Below are positions 41,198 to 55,309 of a stretch of DNA of 64,000 nt, in pieces. The position numbers were made by a program, and so were the translations under genes. The notes under the pieces are model-generated. The model had not been told where the DNA came from, ran no database searches, and was given only the letters and a program-made list of their open reading frames with translations. Positions within the stretch are counted from its first letter, which is position 1, and the number at the start of each line of letters is the position of its first letter. The stretch lies in assembly GCA_021613535.1 (NCBI GenBank), contig CP075492.1, positions 11,842,001 to 11,906,000 of the forward strand, given 5' to 3'. Source of the DNA: Adineta vaga (Eukaryota; Animalia; Rotifera).

Positions 41198-44100
41198 ATG
41201 GGACAAAACTCATCGATTACCCGATCTTTTCAACGAATATATAATTCTGTTAGAAGAGACGGTAATTCTACGTCTACAGACGTAGATGCTAGACGTTTCA
41301 TTACAATCAACAGTGGACCACAACAGTCAAACTTTACATCTAATCGTGTAAGCACTAGTAAATATTCTTTGGTTACATTTTTACCAAAATTCCTGTTCGA
41401 ACAATTTCGGAAATATTCCAATATATTCTTTCTTTGTATAGTTATATTTCAAGTAAATATTAAATTGTATATATCTATATCATCGAATAAAAAAACACGA
41501 AAATTATGTCTTTTAGCAAATTCCTGGTGTATCACCCACGGGTAGATACACAACAGCTGTACCATTATCATTTATTCTTTGTTGTGCGGCAATAAAGGAA
41601 ATTATTGAAGATGTGGTAAGATGACTATTTTCGCTTTACTTTGCTTCGATATTTTGATTTAGAAACGACATCTTCAAGATGATGCCGTAAATCGTCGGAA
41701 AGTTTTAAGTATGTCAGAATAATCTGGTTTGATAAAAATTGAATCTTTTCATATAGTTTATCGACAGGGAAATTGGATTTATACAACTTGGCTAGAAGTA
41801 AAAGTTGGTGATATTGTAAAAGTTATTGATAAGGAATATTTTCCTGCTGATCTTGTCTTGATTTCTTCTGGGTAAGTTTTATTCTAATGTAAATGTAATT
41901 TAAATTGTCTAATATGTAATTGTATAGTGAACCGAATTCGATCTGTTATATACAAACATCAAATCTCGACGGAGAAACAAATCTGAAAGTTCGACAAGTA
42001 CGTTCTATTTATTTTTCCTTGAATTAACAATTTAGTGAATTAATACTATTCAATAGGGTCTACCTCAAACTGCACATGTTTTATCCAGTGTTCAATTAAA
42101 AGAATTACAAGGAACTATTGAGTGTGAATTACCCAATCGAAATTTATATGATTTTGCTGGAACGTTAAAAATCAATAGTGTAGCTTTTCCAATTCCATTA
42201 GGTCCCGATCAAATTCTTTACCGTGGTTCACAATTAAAAAATACTGCATGGATCTATGGACTTGTTACATATAGCGGGCATGATACAAAATTAATGATGG
42301 TTTGTTCAGAAGCTCGAAAAAATAGTGACACGTCATTGTAGCCTTTCCTACCTTTAGAATTCATCATCCGTTCCATTGAAACGAACAAATGTAGAACAAA
42401 TCACGAATAAACAAGTGAATGTTAAAGGAATGTATACTTTTTAAATATTATTATTTCATTTTATTTTCTCAGATTTTGTTTCTTCTAATCGTATTGATTA
42501 TTTTGTGTTTATTCAGCACTATTGCCGGAGAAGTTTGGAATTATCGAAATAAAAATACACATTGGTATTTGGGTCTTAGTCTTGATCAAGATCAAGAAGG
42601 TAATATAAATATGACGATCACTGATTCTTGTCACAACAATATCTCCCTTTAGCTTGGCGTCATATTGGTTTTACATTCTTGACGTTCTTTATTTTATTCA
42701 ATAATCTAATTCCAATTTCATTACAAATTACTGTGGATCTTGTCAAATTCATTCAAGCATATTTTATCAATTGGGTATATAAACTAATAGCTATGAATTT
42801 ACATCGGATTTTGTCTCTTATAGGATCGAGATATGTATGATCCAGAAACAGATACTCCAGCTAATGCAAGAACGTCGAATTTGAACGAAGAATTGGGTCA
42901 AGTTAAATACATTTTTTCAGATAAGACTGGTACGTTAACAAAGAATGAAATGGTTTTTAAACAATGTTCTATTGCTGGTATTATGTATGGGTAAGGTGAA
43001 AAGATGAATAATTTCCCATATCGTACGCTTGGTATTCTCATAGATCGGGAAATCTTGCTGAATTCAATAGTTATGAATTGTTGAAAAACTTAGAACAACA
43101 TGTAAGTTCTTCTTCACATCATAGAATTCAGGCACAGAACATAATTAATAACCCATAATTTCTTTTTCAGAATACAGGCAATGAAATTCGAGAATTTTTA
43201 ACTCTATTAGCAACATGTCATACTGTTGTCCCAGAGAATAAAGTATATACTGAATTACCAACTGAAGTGACCTATCAAGCATCATCACCAGGTAAAATCA
43301 GATATTAGACAAGAAAACTATTATATTAAGAATTCTTATAGATGAATTTGCATTGGTTACAGCAATGAAACAAATGGGTATCGTTTTTTTCAGTCGAACA
43401 CCAGATAGTGTAACAATTAATTTCGTAAGTAAACATCGATTCTGATTTGATTTGTTTATCGATGAATTTTAGCGAGGTGAAAAAGAACAGTATCAAATTT
43501 TAAACGTCTTGGAATTTAGCAGGTACTTCATTAGATCTTATTTATTTGTCGTCGTCGTCATCATCTTGTTCTTTTATCTTTCAGTGATCGAAAACGGATG
43601 AGTGTTATTATTCGAACACCGAGAAACGAAATTAAGTTATACTCCAAAGGCGCTGTAGGTTGAATTCTTTTCACTGTAACATCGAAATATGTCATTGGTT
43701 CTTTAGGATAATGTTATTTTGGAACGTCTTGCAGAAAACGATCAACATGCTCAGAGAACATCGGAACATCTGGAAAGTTTTGCTAACGATGGTCTCCGAA
43801 CATTATGTCTTGGATATCGAACTTTAACTAATGAAGAATACGATGTAAATACTACCAAAGATTCTTTTTTGTTATTTCACTTCTCATTTCCAATTAGCAA
43901 TGGTTAATCAAATATCGAGAAGCATCCACAGCAATTAACAATCGAAATGAACTAGTTGCTGAAATTGCTGAACAAATTGAACGCAATCTGATTCTATTAG
44001 GTGCAACTGGAATTGAAGACAAATTACAAGATGTATTAGTTTGAAAATTTTGATTTATTCATATCTTTATTTGTTCGATTTTAGCGAGTTGCAGAGAGTC

Positions 44101-46560
44101 TCACCATGTTACATAAAGCTGGTATCAAGGTAGTTCAATAGAGAAAAATGAAAAACTTTGACACTATTGAGATGCCATTTAGATTTGGGTCTTGACCGGT
44201 GATAAGAAAGAAACTGCGATTAACATTGGTTACTCATGTAAATTACTTTCAAATCAGATGCTCAATTTAATATTAGATGAATCAAATCTTGAAGTAAGTT
44301 AATATATGTTTATATTTTTTTTTTAAATAAAATATCGATGAATTAGGATACACAAAGACAATTAAGACAACATTGTCAACAATTTGGTGATTCACTAGGA
44401 AAAGAAAATCTAGCTTCATTGGTTATTGATGGACAAACATTGAAATATGCATTACAAGCTCCATGTAGAAAGGACTTTCTTGATTTAGCGATTTCATGTA
44501 AAACAGTTATCTGTTGTCGGTAAGACAAGTTATTTGAATTCTATGAAGAGAGAAATTGAAGATTATCAAATTATAGAGTGAGTCCAAAGCAAAAAGCAGA
44601 AGTCGTCGAATTAGTCAAACAATCAATAGATGCGATTACATTAGCAATTGGCGATGGAGCAAATGATGTTGGTATGATTCAAGTAAGATTTTCAACAGAA
44701 TTATATCCTTGTCACTTTTTGATCGTATTGAAATCTAGGAGAAAATAATTTCTATCAAATTTATATTTTAGGCTGCTCATGTTGGTGTTGGCATAATGGG
44801 TCGTGAAGGTGTTCAAGCAGCATGTGCATCAGACTACACTATTGGACAATTTCGTTTTTTAACAAAACTTTTATTCGTTCATGGCGTTTGGAGTTATCGT
44901 CGTTTGTGTAAAGTATTACTGTATTCATTCTACAAAAATATCTGTCTTTATGTTATGGAAGTTAGTTTTGTTTAAATAATCATACTTAGAATAGACAAGT
45001 GTTTATTTCTTAGCTTTGGTTTGCATTTCACAATGGTTTTTCTGGTCAAATTCTATTTGAACGATGGACTATTGGCATTTACAATGTACTATTTACTGCT
45101 GCACCACCTATGGCAATGGGTTTATTGGATCGTTCTTGCAGTGCAGAAACTATTATGCGATTTCCTAGTATCTATCGAATGTCACAAAATCGAACAGATT
45201 TTAATATAAAAGTAAAACTATTACGCTTTTCATTCTTTTGAAGACATCTTCCTTTTACAGATATTTTGGACTTGGTGTCTCAATGCAGTTTACCATTCCA
45301 TTATTATCTATTTTATGTCTTATACAATGCTTCGATATGGTATGTTAAACATCCTATTCTCTTCTTCGAATACTTTGAGCTTTGAGAAACAAATAAGAGA
45401 AGAACGACTTCTATCATTTAGATATTGTTCATTCTAATGGAATTGTTTCTGGATCTCATTTATATCTTGGCAATTTTATCTATACTGTAAATTGAAAGTT
45501 TTCGTTTTCTTGACTTAATCTAAAATGTTTTCCTCCTAACTCTCTCTCTAATCTATGCATGATACTAATATTATTTTCTTCTATTGTGTGCACATCTTTT
45601 CTTCTCTATCCATAGACGTTGCTTTTCGCAACGGACAAGTGGGTGATTTCTTATTCTTAGGCAATATGATTTATACGGTATGTATTGCTTGCTCTAACTA
45701 CTACTTACTAATTGTTTATTGTTCTTTGAGAAAGGAAAATTGAGAATAAACATTTCGTTTTAGTATGTCGTATTTGTGGTATGTCTCAAAGCAGGACTCG
45801 AAAGCGATTCATGGACATTTGTAAGTTGAAAAATTTGATATTTCATTTTCTATACGATTTTCATGAATAGTTAACGCATCTTGCTATTTGGGGAAGTATT
45901 GCTTCATGGTTTATCTTCTTTAGTATATACAGTTATGTATGGCCTACATTTCCTGTGGCACCAGAGATGCTTGGTATGGTAAGTTAAATGAGTTGGAGAT
46001 CTTTTTTTTTGTTATCGAATAGATTGAATGAGTTCTAATTTCTTTCAGGCAAAATATGTGTTCTCTAGTCCATCATTTTGGTTTGGCTTATTATTAATAC
46101 CAATAACAGCATTGTTAGCTGATTTTATCTATAACTGGTAAAAGAAAATTCAATAAAAAAACATCTTTAATATCTTATATTTCTATTTTTTAGTGTCCAA
46201 CGAACGTTTTTCAAAACATTAATGCAAGAAGTTCAAGAGAAAGAAGTAAACCATCAAGATCCTTCGGATTTAGTTGCATCTCGACAAACACCAGCTGTAC
46301 CACGTGCTACCGAACGATTAGCACTCTTGAAAAGTGTTTTCACTCGAACAAGAACACCACGAGCACATGCAAATATCGATAGACCTTATCGTAAATCATC
46401 ATTATCATTTTTAGTGTATACGAAGATAAATTATCTTGATTTTTTGTCTTTTTTTTATTTAGATGGATTTGCTTTTTCTCAAGAAGAAAATGGTGTTGTA
46501 CCACAAGACCAATTGATTCGTAATTATGATACAAACGTCGAAAAACCATCGGGATATTAA
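41198..46560 (+). CDS. ATP8A1: P4-ATPase aminophospholipid flippase, ATP8A-like
   Basis: [48 protein letters not shown]-terminal GFAFSQEE; more than 25 short exons; start codon not certain. Confidence 0.95.
45422..45677 (+). other. Pair of homologous mutually exclusive exons in ATP8A (45422-45486 and 45616-45677)
   Basis: Both are AG/GT flanked and phase 1 to 0; they encode [22 protein letters not shown] and [21 protein letters not shown]; including both breaks the frame. Confidence 0.85.
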
Positions 46561-46918
46561 CCTACCTATGATAATCATCCTAGTCATCGATGGCTCTTAA
46601 TTCATTTAACAGTTTGCCTTTTCCACGATCAATATGTTTATATCAATCGTTTATTTTTGTTCTTTTTCATTCTCTGTCTTGTTATTTTTTCAAATTATTA
46701 TCTTCCGTGATTCTTTGTTTTACGATTTACATATATTTATATTTTTGTTCATATACTATTCGTCATATTTAACATATCAAAATCAAAATTTTATATTTTA
46801 TCTTGAAAGAAAGTCTTTCCTGAGATGTCTCTTTTAGATGTGAGTATTGAAAGTGGACGGAAGACAGATGTATATTGAGAGAGAGAGAGAGAGAACTATA
46901 AATTAAAAAGGAAAATGT

Positions 46919-47632
46919 TCATGTCACTTGACTCTCACTTGCAGTATATCGTGTTAAGCAAAATACCAATATAACCAGACACATTAACGATGCCACTGGT
47001 AGACCATGAATTCTGTTTGCAGAATTACGATGGCTATCTATATAAAAACATGATCTATGTATGGAATGATTAGAGAAAAAGAAGAAAAACTTACGGATGA
47101 AAAGATCGACACCTGCATAAAATCCACTTGTTTGATCTAAACACATATAAGTTCCACTGTCATTGTGATGAATAGGTTTAATCTGTAAAAAATGTCGAAA
47201 TTGATCAGGAGAATATGCAATATAACGATGAATATTTGAACGACCACGTTGCCAAATAACGCGTGGTGGTTTTGAAGAATCTCGAGGTTGAAAATACCAA
47301 TCAAGTTTATAATGAGGAACACGATCAGGTGTTGAACAATTGATAACAGCGAAATAATCATTAACAGAGATAGAAACAAATAGAATCAATGGATTAACAG
47401 ATATAGTTTGATTGTTACTACTGTTGCTAGCAGAGGATCGTAATCGACGATAACGACGAAGAGAGCCATCAGCCATACATGCTAAAACGTAGATTTTTCT
47501 AGATATCAATGAACAAAAAATATCGAACAATCTTTTACTTAAGCCAAATAATTCGAAAAGAATCAATTTGATCAATATAAATAATCGATAAGAGCCTAAC
47601 ATGATGTACCAAGTAGCGATACGTTCATCCAA
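46919..47632 (-). CDS. Single Ig-like-domain cell-surface protein, probably GPI- or membrane-anchored; 5' structure uncertain
   Basis: AVINCS...LDWYFQ...FLQIKPIHHNDSGTYMC Ig signature (C, W, DxGxYxC); hydrophobic C-terminus; probable in-frame intron about 47040-47093. Confidence 0.75.
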   Translation of the reverse strand: MDERIATWYIMLGSYRLFILIKLILFELFGLSKRLFDIFCSLISRKIYVLACMADGSLRRYRRLRSSASNSSNNQTISVNPLILFVSISVNDYFAVINCSTPDRVPHYKLDWYFQPRDSSKPPRVIWQRGRSNIHRYIAYSPDQFRHFLQIKPIHHNDSGTYMCLDQTSGFYAGVDLFIRKFFFFFSNHSIHRSCFYIDSHRNSANRIHGLPVASLMCLVILVFCLTRYTASESQVT

Positions 47633-50603
47633 CAGTTGGATATAAATGACCTGTTTTGTTTACTTGAAGATCAACACCACATGATGACGATGATGATGAT
47701 GATATTAACGATTGCTAGATAAATAGAAGAATAAGAAACAGCAAAAAATGTTTTGTCATGAACTAATATCTCTCTCTTGCTCTCTTTCTCTTTCTCTCTC
47801 TCTCTATTCTTTCTTCTCTTTCATTATGTATGAAAAGAGAACCAATGCTTCAACGATTAGTCTATATTGCATCTATAGAAAAAGAAAATAGAAGAGTAGT
47901 TCGATTAGAATGAGTGCCTATTCCTTCGAGACAAAATGCGTCTCATTTCTAAATACACTATCTTTCTCTTGTTCTCGTTTTCTATTTTATATTCTATCGA
48001 TCATATCAATTTCGAAGTTAATTTACCATAACTGATTTCTGATGTTTCTATTCGAAGAAGTCGTTTTTCATCAACTTATCCTTGACATTCATAGAAGCTC
48101 TTAATTCAGGTGTCCTTCTCGACGTTCGTCAGATAAAAAGATCGATTGGCAAAACGTTTCACTCGTCGAACAATTAGTTAGTGATGGTTGACGTTAGATT
48201 TTGTTTTATGACTTCCGTTCTTTTTCTCTTGCTGGCGAGCTTTCATTATCGTTTGAATAAGGCTTTTCTTTCTCTTTCTTTTTTTTACGTAATCTTTAGT
48301 TGAATTCATAACTTACTTTCACAAATGTGTTTGCTCGCTTTACTTACTAACACATATTATAGAAAAGATATGTTGTATTTAACAGACAGCCTTTTATTCT
48401 CATCTATCCAAAGGAATACTGCTCAAAAAGAAGTTATGTGAATAACCTTGATACTATGCTGCTTCTTCATAACTGATGATTACAAGATCATAATTATTAC
48501 TCTTATACGAATATAGAGGGTGAAGGGGGGAGAAAGAAAATCTCCTTTCAACATTTTAGTCTTCTGACTCGTGCACATTGATCTAATCTTCAGAACACTT
48601 AATTAGCAAATGTACAGAACTTCCGTTTTTTCTTCTAAGTAAAGCTCAAATCAAGCGTGCTTATTAAAGAAGAAGAAGAAGAAGAAGACGAAGAAGATGA
48701 TTGAATGAATTCTAATAAGAATAAAAAAAAAAGAAAGAAATGTCTGATTTAGTGTGTATGTATGTGTGTGTGTGTGTGTTGGTCAGACTATCCCTACCCA
48801 CGGGAAAGAAGCATACAATATACTGATCGATACTACTAATACAATTTCTTCTTCACATATTTCATGTTTAGTTTGAAGAGTCTCTATAGATTTGAATATT
48901 TTTAATATCAGATTGATCTCTATCGTTTAAGATTGGTAATAGATTAGGAAACTGTTGTTAGTTAGCTTATTGATTGAATAGACAATGCATAATCGTATTA
49001 CCTCTCATTTGTTTAATCAGTTTACAATATGCATGCAAACATATGCAAAAAGATGATACTTCTTATTCTGGTCAATTACTCTTGTCGTGATCTCATTCTA
49101 ATGATTTGAAGAAAATCGATCATACTATATCTATCTACTTTATTCTCTCTTTTTAACAAAAAAAAGAATAACAAATTATCTATTGTTGAAAAGAATCTGT
49201 GAAGACATTCATGACGATTTGTATATATAACATTGAACATACAAGTAATCGCAAAAAGAAGGAAATACGATAAGAGACGAATGGAATAAAACTAAATCGC
49301 CTAAGAGGCAACATACATATGTAATTCATCTCTTCGCATTTTTTTTCTCCTTCTTTTTGTTTTATTCTCATGTCAAAAAGAAAAACAAATTCCCCCACCA
49401 TATATTCTTTTGTTATAGTCATGAACAATTAACTTGATGACTAGTGTTAAGATAATAATGACGTGAAACATTAATCTTTTGCGGTATCATCTATTTTTTT
49501 TCTTTCTTCCTTTCTTTTCAGACTTGTCCATGTGATGATTCAAAGAATAAAGTTGAGAGTCAATTACTGAACGATTCAGTTGTTCTTCTCTTCAAACCAT
49601 TAAGTATTGATTGTTAAAGAAAAACGATGAGCATGAAAGTAAACGATCGTATAGTACGAATGAAAATGACAAGTGCTTCGTTAAAGGGTGTTCTTACCAT
49701 AAATCGATCGATCAATTACTATAAATGATCTATTCTTATTGAAAAGAGAATTTTTAGTCAGTAAATAAATTGTCTAGTGTGATGGACAGAGTTATTGATT
49801 AAACTTATTGCGAATATCGAAATGCTTTTATCTTTATTTTTGTTAAATACTCAAAACATTTTCTTATCCAAGAAAACAATCAATGCATTGTACGACATGT
49901 TATGATCATACTATCATCTTTTTGTATGAATTAATTCTTGTAATAGTTTATGAAAGTATATGATTTTTCTGTTGAAATCTATGAGTCCAAAAGTTGGTTA
50001 AGTGAATCAACAGAAAAATGATTTCTCTCAGATTGTACATTGTTTTTCTTTCTATGCTTGGAAATTAACATGTGTCTCATATTAAGAATAACATAAAGCT
50101 CAAAGTGACAACATATCACGTAAAGATAACTTTTATCATAATGAAGAAAAACAAAAAAAAAGTAAGTATGTCGTTGCTAAGCAGTCCTATTTTTTTCTTC
50201 GAATAGATAATTTTCCTTTTTTTATTATTATTCACATTTCAAAAGAAAAACAAACCAGTGTGTGTATAAATATATCTGCGCACAAAAAATATTCTCAATC
50301 GCTGTAATCATACTCATGATGATACATAGTAATCCACTTTTTTTTTTACACACAACGAAAAAGGAAACGATGTGGTGATCTTCCAATTATAATAGGATGA
50401 AAAGAGAAAAACGAAAAGAAACCAGACATGCACACGAAATGAAACGATTAAAAATACCTAAAGGAAAGAAAATATCGCTTGGTTGCTTAAAACTTTGTCT
50501 TGATGAAACATTGTAATCGAAATATTGAACAAAGAAGAAAAAACAAGAAAATATATAAAATAATGTCTAATTTGAATATTATTGCCAAGTATATATATTT
50601 ATT

Positions 50604-51489
50604 TTATTCGTCGGTCGTAAAACCTTTCTTTTCTCCAGTTGCTCGTTCAACTTCTAATTCTTTAGCTGCAACTGCTTCAAGTTCTCGAATATCTTGCATT
50701 GTTAAACCATACCATTCATCAGTCCAACAGAATAATTGTCGATGAAAATTTCGAAATAAACGTTCTTCTTGTGTCATAATTAGATTTTCTACACGAGTTT
50801 GCAGACCAAACCATTTAAACTTTTCGCGAACTAATTTATAACAACACCTGAATAAGAAAAAAAACGAACATGTCATTTTTTTCTTCGTATAATGATATCA
50901 AATAGAAGTCTTACATATATGGTTGACAGGATTTTTGCCATGGTTCATTGGCTAATAATGGTCCACGACCAGTTTTAGTTGATTTAAATTTTTCTGGATC
51001 ATCTTCTGGTTTATAATCACCTCGATTGATTGGATCAGCAATATTTATGTAAACAATATTTCGTTTTTTTAATTCATCACCGGTTAATTTATGGACATTT
51101 TCTGATTCACCTCGATCAGCTAAATGCAATGTTGATATATCAATAATCATATTGTCTTTCATATATGGATTTGTTAATACTGTTTTACAGTATGGATAAG
51201 CATTCCATGCTTCTTCATGCATTGATAAACTTGAGTCCGAAAATACTAAACGGACGAAACCTGGAACACGGGAACCTAAATGATAGATCTTCTTTGTATA
51301 TTGACCTATATTATATTTGCCAAGAAATGCTTCTGATGAAGGTTTTTCAAATGGTTCATTAGCAAGAATTTGTACACCTTCTCCACCACCGGTATTTTGT
51401 TTCGATACTTTTGCAGTTGCATACAATTGTGCAACTTGATATTCTTCGACAGTCATTGGTAAAATAATTCGAAATTCGGTGATAAGCAT
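50604..51489 (-). CDS. Class I phosphatidylinositol transfer protein (PITP alpha/beta-like), two coding exons
   Basis: [58 protein letters not shown]. Confidence 0.95.
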
Positions 51490-52079
51490 CGTTCTTTCTA
51501 GAAATTAATAATCTGAAATCAAAAAGAAAATAGTTTTATTCTTGTCTACACTAATATTTGTCGTGATATATAAATGTTTTTTTTACCAACTTGATATGTT
51601 GACATTCATTTATTCATCTGTCGGAGAAGACTCATTATGGCAACATATGTATTGCAAGGTAATAGAGTAATGAAATAAAAAGAAAACAGAAAGATATGCT
51701 ATATACTTCTTCTTGTCTCTTTATTCTCCTCTCTTCTTTTTCTACGTTTAAAGATACGATTCTCTTTTTTTTTCTTCTTCTTACATTCCTTTCCTATATG
51801 TCGACGTATATAGTATGACTCAACTAGTTCAAACATGTGACCTCTATAGTATATGATGTAATATTTAAAGATATTTTTTTCTGAGAGAATCACATTAAAA
51901 TTTTGTCTATATTCTTTTTGTTTTATTGAATTATAGCCCAAAAAAACCATAATACTATTCAATTACTACTATTTGTTTTTGGTGTTGTTATTGTTGTTGT
52001 TATTTATTTGTAGTAATCGAGTTCTTATTCTTATATCAGGCTTTATCATGCTTAGGAAAAACAAAATGATTTAACAAAA

Positions 52080-53208
52080 TCACCAGCTAGTTGTGGCAGT
52101 AGTTGCTGCAGCTGGTGCATTCCATTCGTTGGTTTCAGCACCAGTTCCAGCATTGCCAGTTGCCCAACCTTCGGCTGCAGATGCACCCCAGTTTTCTTGA
52201 TTACCTGCAAAACTTTCTGCAGAAGGCATCATTGATGGACCATCATCATAATAACCCTGGTCACCAGCGTGTTGTTGACCATCACGATCTTGATTAGCAA
52301 CAACAGTTTGATCTTCTTTTTCGGTCTATGAAAAAGAAAATAAGTAGAGAAAAATTATGAAGAACTAAAGTTTCACTGAAATTCATACTTCTTCTGGATC
52401 ACGATAGAAGAATAAATCGACCATCACATCCCATTGAGCTTGACGATTGATTTCTCCACGTAATCGAAGTACTTCCCGTGTTAAAAACCACCACATAAGA
52501 CCGATTGATTTATTAGCCTGAAGAAATTTAAAAACAAAACGTGAACGGATGATTTCTAATCAAAATCTTTTGTAATTTTACCTTATTATTAGCTGGAATT
52601 GCGATATCGATGAATCGAAGAGATGTTGATGGATCGCAAAAAGCAATGACAGGAATATTGACAAATGAAGCTTCGCTAACAGCTTGATGATCAACATTTG
52701 GATTTGTAATGATAATAAGACGTGGTTCTTTGAATGCAGCTTGAATTTGATTTGTAAATGAACCAGGTGTAAATCGACCAGCTATTTAATAATAAAATAG
52801 GAATCTACATATGTCATTTGTCTGTTTTCTTTCGTTTAATCTTACCAATAGCTGTAGCGCCTGTATATCTCGCGAATTTCAAAACGGCACGTTGACCTAA
52901 TTAATTTGATGGAAAATTCAAATAAATTGAATAACTGTTCAAAATGAATCTGTACCTTGTGGTTGACATGAGATGGCACAAACATCAGCAGGATTTTCCA
53001 CAGCAGCAATAGCTCGAGCGGCAAGCAAGAGTTTTTCCCAAAATTTACGGATATTAATTATGGAAGAACCTTCATTTCGTGGTTTTTTCTTCCAAACATA
53101 TGTGTCCATTTGATAGTCAACATCCTTTGACCCAACATGAAGTTGTGCGGCAAGGATTTTACGGACATCATCCTCCTTTAATTGAAGCACTGAATAACCA
53201 GATGTCAT
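52080..53208 (-). CDS. RPSA: 40S ribosomal protein SA (uS2), five coding exons plus a probable 5' UTR intron about 53229-53486
   Basis: [78 protein letters not shown]; TGA at 52080-52082. Confidence 0.97.
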
Positions 53209-53832
53209 CTTGGTTTTCGGTTGATGATCTGAAAATAATAAGAAATAAAAATAATATGAATATAGATTAATTGCAACATGTAGAAATATTTTATTTCAAA
53301 CCAACAATAATGTAACGTTTCCTTAAAAATAAGTAGAAAAATCGTAAACAATTTAGATCAATTCTGATTGGAGAATAGATTTCAACAAAATAATTAATCT
53401 TCTAATTATATTTATATCATACATATTATTTATATTTAATAGAATTTTACTGAACAAGTTGACTCTATCAACATTTCCTTATTTACCTAGTATATAGATG
53501 ACACCAGATTACAATGATAAAATATCAATGACTCATACATTAACATCTGCACTACTACACGTACTCTATGACACTTCCATCGCATGTTCCATTTTTTCTC
53601 TCATACTATTTTTGGAATACACTACAAAAATGAAGATCAACAGATATATATATATAATCCAACAAAACAATAACAACTTTCTGAATAACTTTGAAGCGAG
53701 AAGACTATGACTCTCGAACTAGATACGATAAATGCAATTTCACCACATGGATTTTTCTATCGTTTAACTTGTTTATTTTCAACTAAAAAACAATACTGAC
53801 AAAAACCAACACACATACAGAAAAATAATCAA

Positions 53833-55309
53833 TCAAATAATTAGCTCGTTGTTCTTGGACCAACTTTGATCTTTTGCAATTTGAATAGCATGTACTAAAT
53901 AATGCATCCAGGCATCATAATCATTTACATTTTCAAATCGTACGTAGACACGTTTAATCTTCATCGATGTATATCGTGATGAGTTCTTCATATTTGTTGC
54001 TACTAACAAACATAATTGTTCATTTGAAGAATCTTGTTCAATATGAATTATATTGGATAAAGAGATCGATGTAGTGTCTATAGACGATTGATCGAGATCA
54101 GTAAAGAATAATTTCGAGTCTGATAATTGAAGTTGTTTCTAAAATAAAGATTTTTCATCAAAGTGATTAAACAAAGAACTTTGAACTTACTGATTGCCAC
54201 AATTCAGAATCTATACGTTGAAAAACGGTAACGGATGATAATTGTGATTGTGATGATGATTCTAATATCGATCTTTGGTCATTTGATGAGAATTGAAGAA
54301 TACTGCTTGCTTGTTTCGACAAGAAATTGATCGCTATAAATAAATACAGAAAAGTATTATCATTTTTCTAAAATTTCCGTTCGATTTTCATCATAATAAA
54401 AATATTAAATGTTCTACAACAATTTATACCTTCAATCATATCCATTGAATGAGTATTTTGCAATAGATCATGTAATACACAAATATGTTTGAGTGGTAAT
54501 AAAATAAATCCAGTGATTTCTTGACTAACAACATCAACTGGTACCTATAAAGAAATATATAAAACATCCGATCAATCATTTGAACAATTACAAACTTGAA
54601 GAAAATAAGCAATTCTATCAGCACATTGTTTTAATGTTCCAAGTGCTTGTACACTTCGAGATATATATGTATTGTACGAATCAATCATAATACCGAACTA
54701 GAATAGAAGAGTTCGAACAGAATATGATATATTTAGAAAATCTTACCGATGATTGATAAATCATTGGAATTGATATATCGGAAGTCTTCTGTTCATGAAT
54801 TAGTCTTTCATATTGACGAATAATCGATTTCGATACATTAGAAATCTAAAATAAAGTTGTGTTCTCCGAAAAGTTCATCTAAAACAAAATTGTTACAAAC
54901 TTACTTTTTCAATATTTTGAAAGAGATCAACAATTTCATTGGCATTTAAATATCGTCTCAATGGTCGTGAATATTTAGTAATATACTCTTTCAAGTGTTC
55001 ATAGTGTGTTTTTTCAACGAAAAGAATTTGTTCGAAATATGAATACGATTGAACGATCGATGATGATGATGTTTCGGAAAAGCCACTATCCGATTTTTGA
55101 TTAGGAATGGATGAGATAGATGCATAAGATGCAGATGATGAAAATGAAGTATTAGATTTAGGTAATGATTTCTAGAAATAAAGTAAATAAAGGAAAGATG
55201 ATGATTTACATTCAAGTGACAATAGTCTTACACGTTGCGAACTTGCACACCAGAATTTCATGATTTGTTTTCTTGTATGAATATTGATGGATGAGATAAA
55301 CATGTTCAT
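53833..55309 (-). CDS. Small, divergent DH-PH (RhoGEF-like) protein; missed by the ORF track
   Basis: Spliced frame gives FEQILFVEKTHYEHLKEYITKYSRPLRRYLNANEIVDLFQNIEK|ISNVS (DH CR1/CR2-like) and a last exon RVYVRFENVNDYDAWMHYLVHAIQIAK (PH terminal helix). Confidence 0.6.

Noticed and set aside
47760-50600. Microsatellites and ORF 49180-49428 upstream of the Ig gene
   Set aside because: Simple (CT)n, (GAA)n and (TG)n tracts typical of regulatory or intronic DNA; the ORF is not protein-like
53229-53486. Intronic snoRNA in the long RPSA 5' intron
   Set aside because: No convincing C/D boxes with a terminal stem or H/ACA double hairpin; the sequence is low-complexity AT
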